Source of the DNA: Candidatus Omnitrophota bacterium
GTDB lineage: Bacteria > Omnitrophota > Gorgyraeia > B26-G9
DNA length: 64,000 bases
Assembly: GCA_043814605.1 (NCBI GenBank)
Contig: JBDRJV010000047.1
Span: forward strand, 5,077-69,076
Direction: 5' to 3'
The first letter of the stretch is position 1; every line of letters begins with the position of its first letter. The notes beneath the pieces were generated by a model. It was not told the DNA's origin, did no database searches, and saw only the letters and a program-made list of their open reading frames with translations. Positions 36,611 to 46,884 of this stretch are shown here, piece after piece. The translations under genes were made by a program, and so were the position numbers.

Positions 36611-39600
36611 ATGAAAAAAATATTATTTAAATCCATGTCTGCGGTTCTGGCTGTAACCTGTTTTTTAAGTTTTACATTTAATGGATTAACCATTGCTAAG
36701 GCTGGCGAAAGCTCAGCTAGTATTGCCGCGAGTGGTGCGATTACACCGGGCGGAGCAACCAGTATAAACTTTTCCATGAATTCATTTCAAACCGATCTTT
36801 TCCGCGGTAATGCCTCTTATTCTGTGCCTATTGCAGTGCCTGGTGGCCGCAAAGGAATATCTCCTCAACTAGGTTTAAGTTATTCCAGTCAGCCGGCAAA
36901 TTCCTGGTGCGGTGTAGGCTGGAGTTTGGAGCTGGGTGCAATCACCCGCAGTATGAAAAATGGGTATCCCAAATATGACAGTACAGATATTTTTTCCTAT
37001 AACGGCGCAGAATTAGTAAATACAACTGGTAATGAATATCGTTTAAAAACAGATAATGCGTTTATGCGGTTTTTTAATAACGGTTCAACTTGGGAAGTAC
37101 TGGATACTAAGGGAACAAAATATAATTTTACAAGTACAATTACAACGCCATTGGGAATTTATCAATGGTCTTTAACCCGGGTGACTGATCTAAGTGGGAA
37201 TTATATGAGTGTGACTTATATTACGGATCAAAATCAGGTTTATCCGCAGCAAATTCAATATACAGGCAATGATAATACCAGTGCTGTGCCTTATTATACA
37301 GTTGATTTTGTTTTAGAAAATAGAACTGATACAATCACGCAGAATTTAATCATGCCCATTGCCAATACATCCGGCCCGGCAACTATTTTTAAAACTGTTA
37401 CTGCTAAAAGACTAAAAACTATTGAAGTTAAATACAGCGGGTCATTGATCAGAAAGTACATATTAAATTATCATGATAGTGCTGTTACTAAGCGATCAAT
37501 GCTTGAGAGTATTACATTATATGGCGAGGATGGGATAACTGCTTTAAATCCCATAACTTTTACTTATGATGAAACTGTTCCCTCGATTAATGCTTCAACC
37601 GGAGTTAATTTAAATACAGTACAAGGTAGCCCATTAATGGGTGATTTTAACGGTGATGGAATTAATGATATTTGTGTTGCTTTATATGAAGATTTCGGAG
37701 TTTATTTAGGTAATGCTGATGGAACTTTTCAATCTAGATCTATTTGGGGACATTATCCAGGATCAGATGCAGGAGCTTCTTTTTTTTCAACAGGAGATTT
37801 TAACGGTGATGGTTATACAGATATTTTTAATTTATTAGCATGGGGAAATGGTTGGGAAAACTATGGATTAATTGTGTACTTATCTGATAATGGAACAGGA
37901 TTTAAAAATGAAGCTTATTGGTATAGAGACACAAGGTCATTTTCTACACAAAGGCAACCGCTTGTTTTTTCTACTGATGTAAACAAAGACGGTAAAACCG
38001 ATATACTAGTTTTAGATAAGTATAGTGGAATATATAATCCGCCTCAAAGTAATGTGCCGGATATAAAAGGAAAATTCTATGTTGCTAATGACAATGCAAA
38101 TGGCTTTAATATCAGTGATCTGGAAAGTAATCTTTTTGTGGGAGAATATGGTAATTTTATGACCACTATAGGAGATGTAAACGGAGATGGAGAGTTAGAT
38201 ATGGTGTTTGGTTGTCATGGAGCAAATCTTGTAAAAGTTGCTTTGTATCCAGATTATATTTCAGGAAATATTATATCTCCTTATGTTTGGTTGTCCGGAC
38301 ATTTAATTGATAGCAATATAATAACCACAGATGTAAACTATGATGGTAAAAGTGATTTTTTAAGATTTTACTCACCTCAAGGGAATTGGGATTGTTTTCT
38401 TTCTAATGGAGCTAATTTTGAATCAAATTATCAAACCTGGTGCTCTTCATTTGGTGGGACAAGATGTCCAATTGCAGGTAATTTTGGTACTTCTAGCGTA
38501 ACAGTTCCCGGGACTTTTTATAATAATACTCATAATGGCACAGCAGAATGGCAGATTGCTCAAGCAACTTCAGCTAATGCACGTGCAGATTATTTATTAA
38601 GCGTGGATAATGGTGTTAGCGGAAGCTTAGACATAAATTATACACAATATCAAGAAGATACATTGCCGTTTATTCATTATGTGGTCGAATCCATTACTCA
38701 AAATGACGGCAGGGGAAATAGTTATACATCCAGGTATGAATACAGCGGCGCGCAATATGACCGCCAGGACCGGGAATTCCGCGGGTTTAATTGCGTGAAA
38801 GTTCTGGATGCGGATGGAAATTATTCTTTGAATTATTTTCATCAGGACGATATCTTAAAAGGTAAAACTTATTTATCAGAAACTCGTGATGCTGCGGGTA
38901 ACCTTTACGCAAAATCAGAAAATATTTGGGCAAGCACACAGCCATTTACCGGGGTTTATAATATTTTTGTCACCCAGCAAAATAATTATTCCTATGAAAC
39001 TCAAGCCACTCCCAAGCACACCCGGATGAATTATGATTATGATAGCTATGGCAATTGTACTTATGTGGGTTGTGAGGGATATTTAGATATTAGCGGTGAT
39101 GAAAAAACAGTACATACACAATATTATGCTCCGGCTGCGAATATTACATGTTTGCCTAGCCATACCTGGACACAAAATAGCAGCGGTTACAAAACTTCTG
39201 AGCAGTGGTTTGAATATGACGGAGGGACAAGTCTTTCTCACGGATTGCTGACAAAGCAGACTTCCTGGTTAGAGGGAGGGACTAATCCTGATGTTGAATA
39301 CACCTATGATGATTACGGCCAGGTGATTGAAGTAAAAGATGCCCTGTCTCGGACAACGACAACAGAATATGATAGCGCACAGCATTTATTCCCTATAAAA
39401 ATTACCAATGCTAAGGCACAGGAAATAACTTCTACTTATAATCCTAAAACCCAGCAGGTATTAACAATAACTGATGCTAATAATCAAACTACAACTAATC
39501 AGTATGATGTGTTCGGCCGCTTAATAAAAGTTATTGGGCCCAATGACACTGCAGCTTATCCCAGTGCCAGTTACAGTTATGATTTGAATGCAAATCCCAT

Positions 39601-42600
39601 AAAAGTTACATCCAATACCAAAATCACAGACAGCAATTATTTAACCAGTTATTCTTTTTATGACGGTATGGGTAGATGCATTCAATCCAAATCACCGGCG
39701 GAAAATTCTAATCAGCAGGTTGTCAGCGGCGCGGTTGTCTATGACACCAGAGGGTTAGTTAGCGAAACATATTTTCCGCATTTTGCAGCAGCTTCTGCGA
39801 ATTATTCCACGCCGGATTTAAATCAGCCAAAAACCACATTTAGCTATGATGCAATGGGTAGAGTGATTCAAACTCAAGCTCCGGATGGTACAATTTATTG
39901 TAAAGAATATGACATTAGCAAGATTACGGCAACTATTGAGTATCAAGGAGTAGAATTACAAAAATCAGTTTCCTATTTTGATGCTTACGGCCAGTTGACT
40001 TCTAAAGAAGAACATAATCAGGGTGAAATTTATACCACAACTTATGCTTATGATACATCAGGTAATTTAAAAACTCTTACAGACAGCCAGGGCAATGTTA
40101 CCACAATTAACTATGATACTTTAGGCCGGAAGGTTTCCATGAATGATCCGGATATGGGAACATGGAGTTACAGTTACGATATTTTAGGTAATTTAATTTC
40201 CCAAACCGATGCCAAAAATCAGCAGATAACATTTACTTATGATGAATTAAACCGTTTGTATTTAAAAAATTATGTTTCAGCCGGGCAGACGATAACCTAC
40301 GAATATGACAGTACCAGTAAAGATTATTGCATTGGCAGGCTTTCATCAGTTAACTATCCATCAGGTTCAACAGAATTTTATTATGATAACTTAGGGCGGG
40401 AAATAAAATCCGAGAAAACTGTTTCCGGGACTACCTATACCGTAGAACGCACTTATGATGCTTTAAACCGCTTAGATATTCTGACTTATCCGGACGGAGA
40501 AAAAGTAAAATACAATTATAATCTTTCTGGGGCAATTGAATCTATTGAATATGACCGGGACGGAGACACTACCTTTACAGCCCAAGGCACATATTTAGTT
40601 GATGTGGATTATAATGTTAACGGCCAAATGACTGATGTTACTTTTGGCAATAATGTGTATACAAATTATACTTATGATAGTAATACTTTGCGTTTAAGTA
40701 ATCTGTTAACCAATTCCGGGGCAATCCAGGATTTAAATTATCAATTTGATCATTTAGGTAATGTTACTAATATTACAGGCGTTGCCAATAATAAAACAGT
40801 TAATCAGGCGTTTACATACGACGGTTTAAGCCGGCTGACCGAAGCAAATAGCCCGTCAACCTACGGCACTTATCAATATTATTATGATTCCATTGGAAAT
40901 ATAGATTATAAGGTAGAGAATGCAACTACCACAAATTATACTTACGGAAGTTCCCGTCCGCATGCAGTAACGCAGTTTGGAGATAAGACAATCACTTATG
41001 ATGCTAATGGAAATATGCTTTCCAAAGGTGATTTGAATTTTGATTATGATGATGAGAATAGATTAACCCAAGTTACCATTGATGATCCGTATCCGGTAAC
41101 CGCGGAAAAAACAATCAGCCTTCAAGAGGGGTGGAATTTCATTAGTTTTCCGGTGGAGTTTGCAGATTCAACCATTACAACTGTACTTTCATCAATAGCA
41201 AGTGATTACGATCAGGTATCAAGATATAACAATGCAACAGGTGAGTTTGAGCATTTCGTGAAAAATCCGGACTACAATGATTTTAGCGAATTTGAATATG
41301 GACGGGGGTATCAGATTCATATTACTAATGCCGCTGGTGTAAACCTTGCAGTTAGCGGAACAGTTCCCACTAACCATGAAGAAGTTTTAAATGCTGGGTT
41401 AAACTTAATTGTTAATCCCAAATTAGCTACAGCAACAATAGAAGATGCATTAGCAGATTTAAAAGATCAAGTGCATTATGACACTGTTTACAAATACAAC
41501 ACAACTACAGATGTATTAGAGTCTGTAGATCCAAAGACAACTAATGTAAATGTTGGTGAGAGTTTATTTATAAATATTAAAAACGATGTTACCTGGGTAA
41601 TAAATAAGAAACTTGGTACAACAACTTATACCTATGATGGTGATGGCGGTAGAACAAAGAAGGTAGTTACTGGAGGATTAAGAAATAGTTCAACCGTTTA
41701 TATTGGATCACTATACGAAGAAGAAACTGTTGATGGAAATACTACAACTAAGAATCATATTTACTTTAGAAGGAAAAAATTAACAACAAAACAGGATAAT
41801 GGAACTACGGTTAAAACTTTGTATTTCCATGAAGATCATCTTGGTAGCAGTAATGTAATTACTGATTCTAATGGTCAAGTAGTACAGCATGTTGAATACG
41901 AACCGTTTGGTAAAGTAATTCTTGAAGAAAAAGACGAGGAATTATATACTAATTATAAGTTTACTGGTAAGGAGTGGGACGCATCTGCTGAATTGTATTT
42001 CTACAGTGCCCGCTACTTTGACCCTGATCTTTGTAAATTTATTACGCCGGATAGTATGGTTCCATATCCAGATGATCCGCAAAGTTTTAATCGGTATTCT
42101 TATTGTGACAACAATCCTGTGAATTATGTAGATCCGAGCGGGCATTTTTTCTGGGCTGCTGCATTGATTGGGGCAGCTATAGGAGGAATTACAGCAGCTG
42201 CAACTGGTGGAAATGTTTGGCAAGGGATGTTAGGTGGATTTATTGGTGGTGCTATATTCTGTGGTATTGGAAATATGGGACTTGCTGGCTTAGATAAAAT
42301 TGTTGCACATACTGCTGGAGGAATGATTTCGGGTGGTGTTAATTCTGCAATTAGCGGTGGTGATATTGGAATGGGAATTATTTCTGGTGGACTAAGCGCA
42401 GGTGTTGCTTCGTGGGCAGGTGAATCTTTTGGAGAATTATTTAGTCCGATCGAAGGACAAATTGTGAAAAATGGCATAAGAAGAACTGCTTTAGGTTCAT
42501 TAACTGGAGGTGTAGTTAGCAAAACAATGGGTGGAGATTTCTGGGATGGAGCTAAAAATGGGTTCTTGACTAGTGCTATCGCCTATGCTTGTAATGATGT

Positions 42601-43021
42601 TTATCATTTGTTTAAATCCAATAACGGTGGTACGCCTCATGCAGGTGCTATTGTTGGAAAAGATGGTAAATATACATACCATTCTTTTGGTCCAGACGGA
42701 AAACCGAGACCACTAGGACCGGGCGAGTATACTGAAAAATCTTTTAATTCTTGGGAAGACGCAAAAGCATATGCATTAGAACAAGGTTATGAAGAATTTG
42801 CTAGATATGATACATCAAGCAGTGAAGATGCCGCAGCACGAGCAGCAGCTCGAGGATATAAAGGGACTGAATATAATGTTGGAGCAAATAATTGTCAGCA
42901 TATGGTAAATGATATGTTTTTAAGTGTTCCTAGAATTCCGTTTGTAGGAAGAGGACACCCTAAATTTAGTTTTAATGAACATAAAAGAGCTGGAGTTGCA
43001 GATGAGTACGGTAAATTTTAA
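36611..43021 (+). CDS. Rhs/YD-repeat polymorphic toxin (SpvB/TcB-like N-terminus, FG-GAP-like repeats, Rhs core, C-terminal toxin)
   Basis: signal peptide; PIAVPGGR..LSYSS..GVGWSL; GDFNGDG repeats; REFRGF; YD repeats; DHLGS, FTGKEWD, NRYSYCDNNPVNYVDPSG. Confidence 0.92.
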   Translation: MKKILFKSMSAVLAVTCFLSFTFNGLTIAKAGESSASIAASGAITPGGATSINFSMNSFQTDLFRGNASYSVPIAVPGGRKGISPQLGLSYSSQPANSWCGVGWSLELGAITRSMKNGYPKYDSTDIFSYNGAELVNTTGNEYRLKTDNAFMRFFNNGSTWEVLDTKGTKYNFTSTITTPLGIYQWSLTRVTDLSGNYMSVTYITDQNQVYPQQIQYTGNDNTSAVPYYTVDFVLENRTDTITQNLIMPIANTSGPATIFKTVTAKRLKTIEVKYSGSLIRKYILNYHDSAVTKRSMLESITLYGEDGITALNPITFTYDETVPSINASTGVNLNTVQGSPLMGDFNGDGINDICVALYEDFGVYLGNADGTFQSRSIWGHYPGSDAGASFFSTGDFNGDGYTDIFNLLAWGNGWENYGLIVYLSDNGTGFKNEAYWYRDTRSFSTQRQPLVFSTDVNKDGKTDILVLDKYSGIYNPPQSNVPDIKGKFYVANDNANGFNISDLESNLFVGEYGNFMTTIGDVNGDGELDMVFGCHGANLVKVALYPDYISGNIISPYVWLSGHLIDSNIITTDVNYDGKSDFLRFYSPQGNWDCFLSNGANFESNYQTWCSSFGGTRCPIAGNFGTSSVTVPGTFYNNTHNGTAEWQIAQATSANARADYLLSVDNGVSGSLDINYTQYQEDTLPFIHYVVESITQNDGRGNSYTSRYEYSGAQYDRQDREFRGFNCVKVLDADGNYSLNYFHQDDILKGKTYLSETRDAAGNLYAKSENIWASTQPFTGVYNIFVTQQNNYSYETQATPKHTRMNYDYDSYGNCTYVGCEGYLDISGDEKTVHTQYYAPAANITCLPSHTWTQNSSGYKTSEQWFEYDGGTSLSHGLLTKQTSWLEGGTNPDVEYTYDDYGQVIEVKDALSRTTTTEYDSAQHLFPIKITNAKAQEITSTYNPKTQQVLTITDANNQTTTNQYDVFGRLIKVIGPNDTAAYPSASYSYDLNANPIKVTSNTKITDSNYLTSYSFYDGMGRCIQSKSPAENSNQQVVSGAVVYDTRGLVSETYFPHFAAASANYSTPDLNQPKTTFSYDAMGRVIQTQAPDGTIYCKEYDISKITATIEYQGVELQKSVSYFDAYGQLTSKEEHNQGEIYTTTYAYDTSGNLKTLTDSQGNVTTINYDTLGRKVSMNDPDMGTWSYSYDILGNLISQTDAKNQQITFTYDELNRLYLKNYVSAGQTITYEYDSTSKDYCIGRLSSVNYPSGSTEFYYDNLGREIKSEKTVSGTTYTVERTYDALNRLDILTYPDGEKVKYNYNLSGAIESIEYDRDGDTTFTAQGTYLVDVDYNVNGQMTDVTFGNNVYTNYTYDSNTLRLSNLLTNSGAIQDLNYQFDHLGNVTNITGVANNKTVNQAFTYDGLSRLTEANSPSTYGTYQYYYDSIGNIDYKVENATTTNYTYGSSRPHAVTQFGDKTITYDANGNMLSKGDLNFDYDDENRLTQVTIDDPYPVTAEKTISLQEGWNFISFPVEFADSTITTVLSSIASDYDQVSRYNNATGEFEHFVKNPDYNDFSEFEYGRGYQIHITNAAGVNLAVSGTVPTNHEEVLNAGLNLIVNPKLATATIEDALADLKDQVHYDTVYKYNTTTDVLESVDPKTTNVNVGESLFINIKNDVTWVINKKLGTTTYTYDGDGGRTKKVVTGGLRNSSTVYIGSLYEEETVDGNTTTKNHIYFRRKKLTTKQDNGTTVKTLYFHEDHLGSSNVITDSNGQVVQHVEYEPFGKVILEEKDEELYTNYKFTGKEWDASAELYFYSARYFDPDLCKFITPDSMVPYPDDPQSFNRYSYCDNNPVNYVDPSGHFFWAAALIGAAIGGITAAATGGNVWQGMLGGFIGGAIFCGIGNMGLAGLDKIVAHTAGGMISGGVNSAISGGDIGMGIISGGLSAGVASWAGESFGELFSPIEGQIVKNGIRRTALGSLTGGVVSKTMGGDFWDGAKNGFLTSAIAYACNDVYHLFKSNNGGTPHAGAIVGKDGKYTYHSFGPDGKPRPLGPGEYTEKSFNSWEDAKAYALEQGYEEFARYDTSSSEDAAARAAARGYKGTEYNVGANNCQHMVNDMFLSVPRIPFVGRGHPKFSFNEHKRAGVADEYGKF

Positions 43022-43049
43022 AGGGGTTTTGAGTTTAGGGGAATATAAC

Positions 43050-43571
43050 ATGTTAAAAATAATTGGAGGTATAATCGGTATCTTCATTATTGCATCTTCA
43101 GGGCTGGCTGGCAATGATTGGAGTATTAATTTTTATGATGAAGCGCAAAAATTAATTCAAGAATTTCATGAAAAAGAATACGAGCAACTATTAAAACTTG
43201 ATCCTAAAACGAAAGATTTTATAGAAATAGATGCTTCTTTTAATGCGGTTGTAAGCAAGCTAAATCGTAGAGCATTTGTATTAAAGATAAATGATTCTTC
43301 TGTCAAAATTGACTGGTCAGATTATTGGGAATGGGCTTTTTGGACAGTATCAAAAGAAGAACAAGAAGAGTTAATTAGGAAGGATTCAGAATATAAAGAA
43401 ATCTATAATGAGTATCTTCGGTTAAAAGAAATCAAGAAACAATCTGTAAATGAAACAAAAATTAGAAATCAGCTTTATAAAGATAATTCGGAAACGTTTT
43501 ATTATATAGAAGAAGAGTTTGCTAACAAATTAAAACTGTTGCAAAAAAAAGTAGATAAAAAAAGACAGTAA
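43050..43571 (+). CDS. putative periplasmic immunity protein
   Basis: directly downstream of the Rhs gene; signal-peptide-like N-terminus; start moved to ATG 43050. Confidence 0.6.
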   Translation: MLKIIGGIIGIFIIASSGLAGNDWSINFYDEAQKLIQEFHEKEYEQLLKLDPKTKDFIEIDASFNAVVSKLNRRAFVLKINDSSVKIDWSDYWEWAFWTVSKEEQEELIRKDSEYKEIYNEYLRLKEIKKQSVNETKIRNQLYKDNSETFYYIEEEFANKLKLLQKKVDKKRQ

Positions 43572-43580
43572 TAGTAATAG

Positions 43581-44650
43581 GGGACGTAGTTAGATAATTA
43601 GATATTGACAGGAATAAAAAGTAATGATAGAATGAGTATATGCCAAGGCAAGGAAGAATACATATAGAAGGCGGTATATACCACGTTATTCAGCGGGGGA
43701 TAGAGCGGCGAGAGATATTTAAAGATGATGAAGACCGGGAGGAATTTTTAAAGCGGCTTGAAGAAGGATTAAGATATACAAGAGATAAATGTTATGGTTG
43801 GGTGTTGATGCCCAACCATTTTCATTTAGTGATCAGAACAAGTTTGATGCCATTGAGTGATTTGATGAGAAGATTACTTACCGGATATGCGCTATATTTC
43901 AATAAAAGGCATAAGCGAAGCGGATATTTGTATCAGGGAAGGTATAAATCGATCTTATGTCAAGAAGACGCATATTTGTTGGAGTTAATAAGATATGTGC
44001 ATTTAAATCCGCTGCGAGCAGGGATGGTAAAAGAAGTAAGTGGGTTAAGGGGATATAAATGGAGCGGGCATGTAGAATTGGTAGGATCAAATAAATGGGA
44101 GTGGCAATCTACAGAAGATATCTGGGGTTTATTTGGAAAAAGAAAAAATAAAGCAATAAAGAGCTATGAGGAATTTATTATAGAAGGGGTAGGAAACGTA
44201 AGAAAGGGAGAATTTTCCGGAGGGGGTTTAATCCGGAGTATTGGAGGCTGGAAAGAGGCAGAAAAATTCCGAAGGGAAAAATGGCTGCAGGAAGCAGATG
44301 AGCGGATATTAGGAGATGGAGATTTTGTTAGCCAAACATTGCAAGAAGCCGAAGAAAAAATGGAACGCCGGGAAAAACTTAAACAAGATGGTTGGGATAT
44401 TGAAAGGGTAATTCAAAAGGTATGCAAATTGATGGATGTTTCTTCAGGGGAAATAAAACGTGAGAGCCGCAGGAGCAGGGTGGCGCAGGCAAAGAGTGTG
44501 GCCGTATATTTAGCAAATAAGGAATTGGGGATAAGAGGATCTGAGCTTGCTGAGTATTTTGAAATAACGCGAGCTTCGATAAGCGCCTCGATACAAAGGG
44601 GGAAAAAGATTGTCGAAGATAATGAATATCTAATTATCTAACTACGTCCC
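43581..44650 (+). mobile_element. RAYT-like HUH transposase element bounded by 26-bp perfect inverted repeats
   Basis: GGGACGTAGTTAGATAATTAGATATT (43581-43606) / AATATCTAATTATCTAACTACGTCCC (44625-44650). Confidence 0.82.
43640..44641 (+). CDS. REP-associated-type tyrosine (Y1 HUH) transposase with C-terminal HTH
   Basis: YHVIQRG, LMPNHFHL, YQGRY, YVHLNPLRAG; C-terminal SELAEYFEITRASIS. Confidence 0.9.
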   Translation: MPRQGRIHIEGGIYHVIQRGIERREIFKDDEDREEFLKRLEEGLRYTRDKCYGWVLMPNHFHLVIRTSLMPLSDLMRRLLTGYALYFNKRHKRSGYLYQGRYKSILCQEDAYLLELIRYVHLNPLRAGMVKEVSGLRGYKWSGHVELVGSNKWEWQSTEDIWGLFGKRKNKAIKSYEEFIIEGVGNVRKGEFSGGGLIRSIGGWKEAEKFRREKWLQEADERILGDGDFVSQTLQEAEEKMERREKLKQDGWDIERVIQKVCKLMDVSSGEIKRESRRSRVAQAKSVAVYLANKELGIRGSELAEYFEITRASISASIQRGKKIVEDNEYLII

Positions 44651-44739
44651 TAATTATATATACAGGCGGTAAGCTTCAGTTTTTTTAACTTGCAGTTTAT
44701 ATTTTTTTTCATTACACAATAAAATACAGAAAGGTTTTT

Positions 44740-45543
44740 ATGAAAAAAATCGTGTGTTCAGTTATAGCAGTAGGCTTTGTTTTAATAACAGCTAATGTTT
44801 ACGCCGCAAGTATCGGCGGGTCGTGGGATATTGTTGAACAAGGGAAATTTGGCATAAGCATGGTTGGTGATTATATTTCAGAAAAGGAATTTGATGTACC
44901 CAGCTATTCCGGCCCGGGCACTGCATTAACCGAACTAAAATTTAAAAATTGCCGTGACTTTGGAGTAAAATTAAGCTACGGCGTTCTAGAAAATTTGAAC
45001 ATCTATTTAAAAGGCGGGTTTTCAGAAAAAGAAATAAAAACAACTTGGGCAGACGCAAGTAAAACAGATTTGGAAGTTAATAATGGGACTTTTTTCGGGA
45101 TAGGAGGCAAGTATGCCTATTGGTTTGACCAGGATTATTTGGTGGCCATAGATGCCCAATACATACAGCATCCGGATAAGTCTGTAGATACAGTCAGGGA
45201 AAATGGAATAACCGCATCTGCAATTACAAGTGCCGGGGATATAAAATATTATGAGTTTAAAGCAGCATTTATTTTTGGTAAAAATTTTGAATTAAGTCCG
45301 GATTTAAATTTACTGCCATACTTAGGGCTTTCTTATGATAAATTTAATTTAAGAACAGATACGATAAATTATTCAGTCAGCGGAAACGGGTATACCTTAT
45401 CACCTATGGATTTGGATGAGGAAAAGAATTTAGGTTTTATCCTGGGTTCGGATTTGAAAATCAGTGAAAATGTTAAATTTAATGTTGAAGGAAGATTCAG
45501 TTCAGAAACTGCGTTTTCCGGAAATATTATCCTGATGTTCTAA
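44740..45543 (+). CDS. outer-membrane beta-barrel (chlamydial MOMP-like)
   Basis: signal peptide, amphipathic strands, terminal Phe; YYEFKAAF..LLPYLG and VEGRFSSETAF. Confidence 0.65.
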   Translation: MKKIVCSVIAVGFVLITANVYAASIGGSWDIVEQGKFGISMVGDYISEKEFDVPSYSGPGTALTELKFKNCRDFGVKLSYGVLENLNIYLKGGFSEKEIKTTWADASKTDLEVNNGTFFGIGGKYAYWFDQDYLVAIDAQYIQHPDKSVDTVRENGITASAITSAGDIKYYEFKAAFIFGKNFELSPDLNLLPYLGLSYDKFNLRTDTINYSVSGNGYTLSPMDLDEEKNLGFILGSDLKISENVKFNVEGRFSSETAFSGNIILMF

Positions 45544-45757
45544 TTCAGGCCTCAAGTCGCAAGCAACAAGTAACAAGTAAAAAAGCTAATAAGAACAAAA
45601 ACCAAGGTTTAATTTTTTAAGTCTTGAGCTTGTAACTTGCGGCTTGGAGATTGTAGCTTATAACCTGCAACCCAAAACTTGCCACTTTTAACTCAATTCT
45701 ATATTGTAAAATCAGCGTTTTTATGCTACTATATCAGCTCTGGAGATATTCTCTTAT

Positions 45758-46879
45758 ATGAAAAAAATATTGTTGTTATATATATCTAATAATTCAGGCC
45801 ATCACCGGGCAACCAAAGCCATAGAAGAAGCTCTGTATTTGGCTTCGAATGAGGTTAAAGTGATAAACTTGAATTGCTTTAATTATACTAATCCTGTATT
45901 GGAAAAAGTGATTAATAGTATATATAACAAGGTAATTAAAGTAAAACCGGAAGTATGGGAATACCTTTACGATAATCCCAAAGTTGTGCGCCGAACTCAA
46001 AAACTGCGTAAACTTATCCATAAACTTAATTCTAAAAAATTAAAAAAATTGATTTTTAACTTCCAGCCGGATGCGGTGGTCTGTTCACAGGCTTTTCCCT
46101 GCGGCATGGTGGCTGATTTTAAAAAAACTTATGACCAGAAATACAGCTTAATCGGCGTGCTTACGGATTATGCGCCGCATTCTTACTGGATGTACGATAA
46201 TGTAGATGCGTATATTGTGCCTAGCCAACAGACAAAAACCAGATTTGTTAATAACGGAATAGATAAAAAGAAACTTTTTCCTTTTGGTATACCGATCAGC
46301 CAGAAATTTTCCCAAAAATCAAACTATAAAGAAGCATTAGAGATTTTAAAATTAGATGAAGGAATTCCTACAATCTTAATCATGGGTGGAGGCCAGGGCC
46401 TCGGGCCGATCGAAGATTTGGTGTATGCAATCAATACAATCGAAAAACAATTTCAGGTGATTATTGTTTGCGGTACTAACAAGAAATTGAAAAAATGGCT
46501 GGAAAAAAGAAGGTTGCTTTTCAGAAAGAAAATGGCTATTCTGGGCTATACTAAAGAGGTAGAAATGCTTATGGATGTTGCGGATTTAATCGTGACAAAA
46601 CCCGGCGGGTTAACCACAGCCGAAGCACTAACCAAAAATTTACCGATTGTAATTGTTAATCCTATCCCCGGGCAGGAAGCAAAGAATACAGAATTTTTAT
46701 TAAAAGAAGGGGTGGCGGTAAAAGCAAAAAATCCTTTAGATGCTGCAGTACAGATCGAAGAATTACTGGGTAATCCTGAACAGTTAAAAAGGATGAAAGC
46801 TGCGGCAAAAAAACATGCACAGCCGAATTCAGCTAAGAACATCGCTGAGCTTGTGCTTAAATTAATTAAACAAGAGTAA
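45758..46879 (+). CDS. diacylglycerol glycosyltransferase (UgtP/MGDG synthase family, GT28)
   Basis: SGHHRA, LTDY, GIPI, MGGGQG, TKPGGLT, PGQE. Confidence 0.88.
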   Translation: MKKILLLYISNNSGHHRATKAIEEALYLASNEVKVINLNCFNYTNPVLEKVINSIYNKVIKVKPEVWEYLYDNPKVVRRTQKLRKLIHKLNSKKLKKLIFNFQPDAVVCSQAFPCGMVADFKKTYDQKYSLIGVLTDYAPHSYWMYDNVDAYIVPSQQTKTRFVNNGIDKKKLFPFGIPISQKFSQKSNYKEALEILKLDEGIPTILIMGGGQGLGPIEDLVYAINTIEKQFQVIIVCGTNKKLKKWLEKRRLLFRKKMAILGYTKEVEMLMDVADLIVTKPGGLTTAEALTKNLPIVIVNPIPGQEAKNTEFLLKEGVAVKAKNPLDAAVQIEELLGNPEQLKRMKAAAKKHAQPNSAKNIAELVLKLIKQE

Positions 46880-46884
46880 AATCA

